A DNA stretch of 63,566 bases, filler included, from Corallochytrium limacisporum Hawaii (lineage: Eukaryota > Protista > Pluriformea): NCBI GenBank assembly GCA_002811645.1. It is 5 parts of 5 records of this genome, joined end to end, with 100 filler letters (N's around TTAATTAATTAA, not from the genome) between each part and the next. Parts side by side here need not be neighbours in the genome. Positions count along the whole stretch, not along the records: positions 46,134 to 63,566 come from PDIP01000025.1; 4 more parts are not named here. One strand, given 5' to 3'. The position numbers and the translations under genes are program-made. Every line of letters begins with the position of its first letter. Within the stretch, counting starts at the first letter, position 1. The notes under the pieces were generated by a model, which was given only the letters and a program-made list of their open reading frames with translations, made no database searches and had not been told where the DNA came from. Shown in pieces: positions 56,821 through 63,566 of the stretch.

Positions 56821-58191
56821 TCATGGTGGCGACCCAGATCCAACCGACTCCGTACTGGCGGTGTTGGGATTGTCGGCCATCGTCGCATCCCGGTTGGCTT
56901 CAGATATGTTCACATTTTGCCTGGACAATGCGATGGCAGACATGTTTTGCTGGGCAGGCCCGGTTGTTGATGCTGTGCTGGAAACAGTTGTGACTTGGTC
57001 CTGGGAAGGTAACGGTTGCGATGCATCAAGCAAACGGCGCACAAAGTTTATGCGGTACTCATCGCTTTCAATGCGCGCACCATAACGATCGATGCCTTGT
57101 GTTGATCCCGTAGCAGTACTGTAGAGCTGCCTGCAGCCAATTTTATACAACTGGGTTCGACTGAACATGTCCGCGAAGACGTTATCGCTGTCGATGTGCA
57201 TCACACATGAATCGAAGTTGCAGGTTTTCAAGGTGGATCTGTCGTATCGAACCCTGGTCAACTTACATTCACAATACCTTACTTGTGATAATTCACAGTT
57301 CGCGTGATACACGTCTTCGATCACCTCGAGCGCCTCGAACTTTACGGAATCAAGCTTGCTGTCGTCAAGAACAACGTTCTCCCAGCGGCCGCCCCGGAAC
57401 GCACACTCGTTGATGCTGACTCGTTGTTGAGGATTTGTGGGCGCAGTCCTCTGATGTTCCCAGACGTGATCAACCAGATGACACATTGCAAAGCTTGCAT
57501 CGGAGAGTTTGCAATCGCTGAAGCTGCACTTGAGGAAAGTACATCTTTCTACTTTGCAACCTTCCATATTGGAGCTTCGGATGGTCACATCTTCAAATAC
57601 GCAGTCCAGGAATTTACATCTCTGCAGCTCACTGAACTGGAACACCGTCGATTTGAAGAAGCATTTTCGGAACGTCGAACCACTGACTACGGACGTGAAA
57701 AACTTGTAGTACGAAAAGTTTAAACCCAGAAAACATAGGCTGGGCAAGAAAACCTGCGATCCGTCCACAGAAGCCGTTCCCATATTGACAAGCTTCACGA
57801 GGTCCATTTGACTGCGCAGCAGGGTACTGTTCGAGGCATGAAGTTCCGGCAGATCGATGCATAGCATACTGGCCATGTCCTCGAGCCTTTGGCAATCCTC
57901 TTCGCTGTGTGGCCATTTCACATCCCCTGTTCGCAAATAGTCGAGTAGCCACTCGAAAACTCGAGGATTCTGGTCAATAAAGTAGGCACCCGACTCGTCT
58001 TGGACACTTGGGATATCACCTAACAGCATGGCTGAGAAGAAATTCGGTCCAGACTTCAAAAGAGTCTGTCGACTCGTCAAGAATTGCGTCCCTCCAACAT
58101 TGAGCTTGACATACCCCGAAGCAATATTGGAATTGGAGATCCTGTCGTGAAAATTTGTATTGTTTACATGCCCTGCCATTTTAGGTTTCAT
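56821..58191 (-). CDS. BTB/POZ (T1-type) + pentapeptide-like repeat protein, KCTD9-like
   Basis: VKLNVGG..F.TSRQTL, YFIDQNP.VF..LLDYLRTG followed by Cys/Phe-rich 5-residue repeats. Confidence 0.85.
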   Translation of the reverse strand: MKPKMAGHVNNTNFHDRISNSNIASGYVKLNVGGTQFLTSRQTLLKSGPNFFSAMLLGDIPSVQDESGAYFIDQNPRVFEWLLDYLRTGDVKWPHSEEDCQRLEDMASMLCIDLPELHASNSTLLRSQMDLVKLVNMGTASVDGSQVFLPSLCFLGLNFSYYKFFTSVVSGSTFRKCFFKSTVFQFSELQRCKFLDCVFEDVTIRSSNMEGCKVERCTFLKCSFSDCKLSDASFAMCHLVDHVWEHQRTAPTNPQQRVSINECAFRGGRWENVVLDDSKLDSVKFEALEVIEDVYHANCELSQVRYCECKLTRVRYDRSTLKTCNFDSCVMHIDSDNVFADMFSRTQLYKIGCRQLYSTATGSTQGIDRYGARIESDEYRINFVRRLLDASQPLPSQDQVTTVSSTASTTGPAQQNMSAIALSRQNVNISEANRDATMADNPNTASTESVGSGSPP

Positions 58192-58835
58192 TAGAGGGGG
58201 ATATCCCCTTGTACATATCGCTATCAAAAGCTAAGCGGTATAGCGGACACACATGCGCATTTCTCCACAGTCTACACCTGTTCCTGTTCCCTCTAGAAGT
58301 CCACTGTTAGCTTGCCTCTGTGCACTGTCTGAGAAGGACTGACATCGTCTGCCCTGGGACTGTCGCTCTAACATACCACATCATCCCATCTTTGATCTTC
58401 AAAACTACCTTACCCATAAACCATTAAGAGTGTCCCGTTTCCATCTCAATTCGTTTAGTCAGCCACCCGAAATCCTTTGCTGACCCGCCCGAACGGCGGC
58501 GCCGACGATGTGGCCCTCTCCCGGTCCAAACGCGTCCGCCTTGGGGGGGAGGGGGGCCTCTCTGCCTTCCAAGTTGGTATCCGGCCGATTTTCTCTGTGC
58601 ACCGACGGCGCAGGGGAGAAAAACTACTCTGCCCCCGGGGGTGGGGGAGGGGGGGGGTGTTTTTTTTTGCTCCTTCTTTTCTTCCTTTTGGTCTCTCTCT
58701 CGTCCCTGTCCCCCGCCGACCCGAAAATCTTTGTACTGGCAGGCTGTGAGTGGGCCCGGGGATAAAGGGGGATCGCGGCGTAGATAACCCGGCGGGGCCT
58801 TTCGTGAAGACAGCGGGGCGGCTGCAAAGGTTCTC

Positions 58836-58866
<31 letters not shown>

Positions 58867-59357
58867 CCCCTGTGTCTGCCGTGCGTGCCAGCACACTGCC
58901 CCCGTCCGAAAAACCGCCCCTGACGTGAAAAAGGTGACGGGTGGGACGGGCCACAAAGGCCCAAAAAAAAAAAAACAAGAGAGATCAAGAACTGGGGCCT
59001 TCGAGAGTAGTGGCATTGCACCCAGGACAGAGCCGGGTCCTTTCCGGAGGCCGTACCACATACGCACGCACACAACGGACACACACTCAAAACCTTGTCA
59101 CGAATGCAATCGCCACTGGAAATCCACTCGGGAAACCCGCCCTCGATTTACCACGACGGCGCCCGAGGTCACAACGCGAAGATTCGTGATAGCGCCTGAT
59201 GCCCCACAGAGCATCGGCAATCCCCACCTTCCTTCCCTCTGGCTGGGGAGGGGGAAGGAATTGATCGACTCGTTGCTCAGAGTGACCCAATATGGAGCTT
59301 CAGTGAAGACAGAGGACACTGAGGAGCAGCAGCGGCGAAGGACAGCGGGAGGGGGGG

Positions 59358-59587
59358 NNNNNNNNNNNNNNNNNNNNNNNNNNNNNNNNNNNNNNNNNNN
59401 NNNNNNNNNNNNNNNNNNNNNNNNNNNNNNNNNNNNNNNNNNNNNNNNNNNNNNNNNNNNNNNNNNNNNNNNNNNNNNNNNNNNNNNNNNNNNNNNNNNN
59501 NNNNNNNNNNNNNNNNNNNNNNNNNNNNNNNNNNNNNNNNNNNNNNNNNNNNNNNNNNNNNNNNNNNNNNNNNNNNNNNNNNNNNNN
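59358..59587. other. Scaffold gap bounded by poly-G
   Basis: N run between G tracts. Confidence 0.95.
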
Positions 59588-59767
59588 GGGGGGGGGGGGG
59601 GGGAGGGGGCGGGTAAGAGGGACATGGGTCCTGGTCGGCGACAGTGGTATGATCGCATCGGCATTGCTGTGGACAACATGGTCATCATGGCACTTCAAAA
59701 TATATTTTGTTGATTACCCTAAACTGACTAATCCAATAGCAAAGGGAACATACAGATCCGCATAGTT

Positions 59768-61153
59768 TCATTCTTTGGGAAGAGGCGCGTGCGGATCTTT
59801 GTAGCCGTTAAATTCACAAACGTGCATGTGTGGATTGACAGTGTCGCGCTGCCTGAGTTCGGTTACGAAGTTCTGGATGGCTTTGGGTCTGTCGTAATGT
59901 CCCCCAGTCTTATTTGAGTCTACGTAGACGTCATGGAACTTGAAGGAGTTGCTAAACACGAACAGATTGTTTGAATGCTTCTTCGAAGGGTCGTCTTTGA
60001 CATCAAACGTACAGCACTCCAGTCGACAATGAGCCATGTACCCAGAATTCAACTTCATTTCAATAAACCTACACCCGTGCAGACGTGTGTGTGTGAAGTG
60101 GGCCTTGCCCTCAACACTTTCCCAGGTACATCCTCTAACATCTGATCTATCTATGTCCCAGGTACCCAGGTTGAATGTACATTTCGCAACCTCACATGCG
60201 ATGAGGAGGCCGAACATACGACCAGTCTGGCCATTAAAGGTGCCATTTTCAATACGTGCTTTGATAATTCTGCAGGAGAAACTTTCCTCTGAGCTCGAAT
60301 ACAGAATGCGCCGATATGTACCCCGCCAGATATCGAATCCACCCTCGCACTGTTTCAGGTCCAGTCTGTGACCAGTACAGTCAGCAAACTCAGACCCGGA
60401 CAAATCGCAGAAACTGAACTCGGTTTCCATGAGGTCACAATGAATAAACTGTGCACCTATCAATTTGCAGCCAGCAAGTTCGGCATTGCGGAACGTACAA
60501 TTCTTGAAGATAGTTCCGTTGAAAAGCGCATCCTGGAACTTGCCTTCAAAAGAGACCCCGATAAACGTGAGGTTCGACATGCGCAAAGTCCCTCCTGGAG
60601 GAACGGCATTGATCATGTTCCATAGGGCTTCTTGGGTGCGAATTTGTCCGGCACAATGGTTCACTGGGTCAATATTAATCAGCAGCATATCAGCCAGTCT
60701 TGCCACCGCATCGCATTCTTGCATGTTCACGGGCCACCGCATAATTCCCGTCCGCAAGTAGTCCAGAATCATGGCAAAGTGCTCTGGTGATTGGTCCAAG
60801 AAATATGCTCCTTGTTCATCTTGAAGGCCAGGGACACGGCCGTCCAACAAAGCAGTGAAAAAGTTGGGACCATCCTTGGTTAAAGTGTGTCTTGTGGTAC
60901 TAAACGTGCGGCCACCGACGTTGAGCTTTACAATTGTGCCCGGACTCTGCCCTAGTGCCATCGGTACACTCTCGCTCCTGCATGTATTACGCTCCTGACC
61001 TGTTTGCTTTTGGACAGTGTGCTGAAACACATTCGACAGCTTGTCAACGTCCATTAACATCGTGTTCCGAGAGTGAAGCTCACGTTGCGATTCCACACAA
61101 TTCATATGCAGTATCGTACTCGTCTTGACGATCGATCCCAAAGTGACCCACAT
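59768..61153 (-). CDS. BTB/POZ + pentapeptide-like repeat protein, paralog of the 56.8-kb gene
   Basis: VKLNVGGRTFSTTRHTL..GPNFF, YFLDQSP, ILDYLRTG; repeats ALFNG/TIFKN/CTFRN/AELAG/CKLIG/AQFIH. Confidence 0.85.
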   Translation of the reverse strand: MWVTLGSIVKTSTILHMNCVESQRELHSRNTMLMDVDKLSNVFQHTVQKQTGQERNTCRSESVPMALGQSPGTIVKLNVGGRTFSTTRHTLTKDGPNFFTALLDGRVPGLQDEQGAYFLDQSPEHFAMILDYLRTGIMRWPVNMQECDAVARLADMLLINIDPVNHCAGQIRTQEALWNMINAVPPGGTLRMSNLTFIGVSFEGKFQDALFNGTIFKNCTFRNAELAGCKLIGAQFIHCDLMETEFSFCDLSGSEFADCTGHRLDLKQCEGGFDIWRGTYRRILYSSSEESFSCRIIKARIENGTFNGQTGRMFGLLIACEVAKCTFNLGTWDIDRSDVRGCTWESVEGKAHFTHTRLHGCRFIEMKLNSGYMAHCRLECCTFDVKDDPSKKHSNNLFVFSNSFKFHDVYVDSNKTGGHYDRPKAIQNFVTELRQRDTVNPHMHVCEFNGYKDPHAPLPKE

Positions 61154-63566
61154 GATCTACACGTACTCTCTCAAGTACCATCCGGCGCATACTCTATGGG
61201 TCTGGAGAGTTTCTGTCATCACCATACGTCATACGACAATGACGAGCACTATGCCATAACAGTAATGAACGCAGAATTCCCTGTTTCCATCATTGCAGCC
61301 CCTTTCCCTCGTGATGATTTCGGTCTCGTGCTGATGCGCCCGGCAGCAGCAGCACCGGATCATGAGCCCGTCGCACAGTCCCAAAATCAAGCGCGAAGAG
61401 TCGATATAGCCAGTGTACCGGCCCTGCTACGTATGCGTCCGCACAAGTCACCCAAACCTTCCACCCAACCCGAAAAGAAAAAAAGGCCGGTAGCCAAAAC
61501 CACCCCTCCCCCCCCCGGACCAAGGGAGAGGGGCGGGTTCCCAAAGGTTTTACCTTTTGATAGAAAATCGAAGAAGTAAAACACCCAAAAAACCCCCCCT
61601 CCCCCCCCTCCTCTTCCCGTCTCCCCGCTCCAAGCGGCGAAAACGGACAGAGGGGTCAGTAGAGAGGGGGGGGTTGGCAGCAACGCAATAGAAAACACAC
61701 CGAAAACGTTAGATTAGGAAAGGGACACAAGCCCACACGCACACGACGAAAGAACTTCAAAGGGCGGGGCAGGGAGTGCGGGGGAACGCGCAAAGAAGGG
61801 GTATAAGGAATGGGATCAGCAAGTTTTCTTTTATGTTATATTTCCATTTTCTCATTACTCCGTTCTGCCTTGGTTGGGGGAGGAGATTTTGGTTTTCTTT
61901 CTTCTTATTTTTCTCTTTTTCCTTTTTGTTTTCTTTCTTTGCCATTGTTCCGTGGTTTTGGTTGGGGTTCCGAAGTTCCCGTGCTTTTGGGGTGCGCGTC
62001 ATCGTCTCTCTCCCGGAAGACCGGCTCCCCATTCTCCGTTGTTCGTAGGAGGAGAAGGGCGAGGTTGGTTACCCCCAGGCTCAGCACAAAAAAAAATGAA
62101 ACTGAACAAGAACCAAAACCCACCTTTTTCCTTCTTTCCAGCGCCGCGGGTTTTGATCCGTTTTCAATTTCATTTTTTTCTTCCATTTTACTTTTGTGGT
62201 GCTGTGCGCGCGTTTGGGTAACTTCAGTAGCCCCGCTCAATCTTCTTCTTTCCTCCCTCCCCCCCCCTCAGGGCGCCCCGGGGGGACCCGATTCTGACCG
62301 GCAACTTTGCTGACGGTGGGGGACGATGATTCTGACTCACGCCCTTTATTTTCTCCCTTTTCTTTTTTTATGGGCTGTGTGTATGTCCAAAAGAAGCGGC
62401 GGTTTCGCTGGTGGGCATTGGGGAAAACAGGCGGGAAGTTGACGATTTAACCACCCGTCCCCCCTCCCTTGCGCGGAGCGGCCGATTATGTATCAAAAGA
62501 AAACACAAAGGGAGACAAAGGGTGAAGCAAGGAAAAGGGAAAAAAAAGAAAGAAAGAAGGATTGGAAAAAAAAAGAATTAGAAAAAAAGTAAAAAAAAAA
62601 GGGGGCCGGTGCTTGGGGCCATTACTAAGTTAGGTGGACGCATTAGCTACAAAGCGAACTTTCTTTTGGGGGGGGGGGAGGGGTTTCTTGTTGTTGGGCC
62701 CGATGGGTGGCGTCTGGGCCACACGAAATGTGTACCCTTTCGCGTCCTGCCTAAGCAGTGAGATTAGTGGTAGTGAAGGTATGGTGAACGGAGTGTCGGC
62801 GCGCCTACCGCGCGCTTGGAAGACAGGGCACCTGCGTGTGCAGTAACTGGCGTGCGAGAGAGAGAGAGAGAGAGAGAGTATGGGTGTGTCTTGTGTGAAC
62901 AAGATCGAAGGCGCAGCGCCGCGACAGTAAGGCGCGATCTGCGATGACTCTATGAATGAAATTGGCCCAACCCGCAAGAATAAAACATGGCTAGATCGTT
63001 AATAATAACGCGAGCAAATGGCGAGACGCGCCTGGCGAGAGGGGGGGGAGACACCACCCGTCTCGTCCCTTCGCACCGGCAACTACATTGATGCCAGCGG
63101 TACCGAGCCGCTGGCCCGCACCGAGAGAAGAAGCCCCGCGCTCTCTCTCTCGCTCCCTAACCAAATCGGCGCGAAGGGTCCCGGCATTTCCCAGTCCTCG
63201 CAGATGAGTCGGGCGCGGGTGTCTTGTGATACACCATCAGCGCGATGTCAGCAGAAGGCAGATTGCTTTTTTGGGGGAAACAATGGTGAGAGAGGATGGC
63301 GCGGGGTTCTGATTTTTGGGCTCGGTGGCGATGGCGAAACATTTGGGAAGGCTGGGCACAGTGGCAGGCTTCCAAACCCGTGTTTCACACCAACCGTCTC
63401 CGCGGCGATAATAGCTGAAAATCTCGTTAAGTTAGATTAGTTAGCGGGAGTCTAATTATTTTACGAATCTGCCGGCCCCCGGGGGGGGGGTTGGTTTAAT
63501 TGTGACCCTCGTCAGAAGAACGGGGTACTTCCCCTTGGGTCTACCCGGGGGGGGGGGGGGGGGGGG

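Overview
Eukaryotic nuclear DNA from a draft assembly: four 100-bp N44-TTAATTAATTAA-N44 contig linkers plus two plain N gaps. It holds 20 protein-coding genes, all apparently uninterrupted by introns within the CDS, including a 6.5-kb TSC2. Genes: citrate synthase, carnitine carrier, HSP60, epoxide hydrolase, an internally duplicated membrane protein, a CE2-like SGNH esterase, a CaaX-ending calpain, UTP4, threonine aldolase, ARG8, animal-type spermine synthase, IRE1, a DUF445-like protein, NDUFS4, a PTB-like protein, TSC2, RtcA, eIF2B-epsilon and two BTB-pentapeptide (KCTD9-like) paralogs. Gene content plus the lack of CDS introns suggests an intron-poor unicellular holozoan (Corallochytrium-like; inference only). 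Best leads: (i) a hexapeptide uORF MDGEIL, resembling the polyamine-sensing MAGDIS uORF, in the spermine synthase leader; (ii) recurrent acceptor-like YAG sites 16-26 nt before the ATG, several with canonical donors upstream, suggesting splicing confined to 5' leaders; (iii) an identical 61-bp element at two contig ends with degenerate inverted partners across the gaps (candidate MITE); (iv) homopolymer/microsatellite islands upstream of gene starts but absent between convergent genes; (v) a ~6-kb gene-free tract with a SWIM-like relic and a long stop-free frame leading into RtcA. No rRNA, tRNA or CRISPR was found. All calls come from reading motifs by eye; no searches were run.
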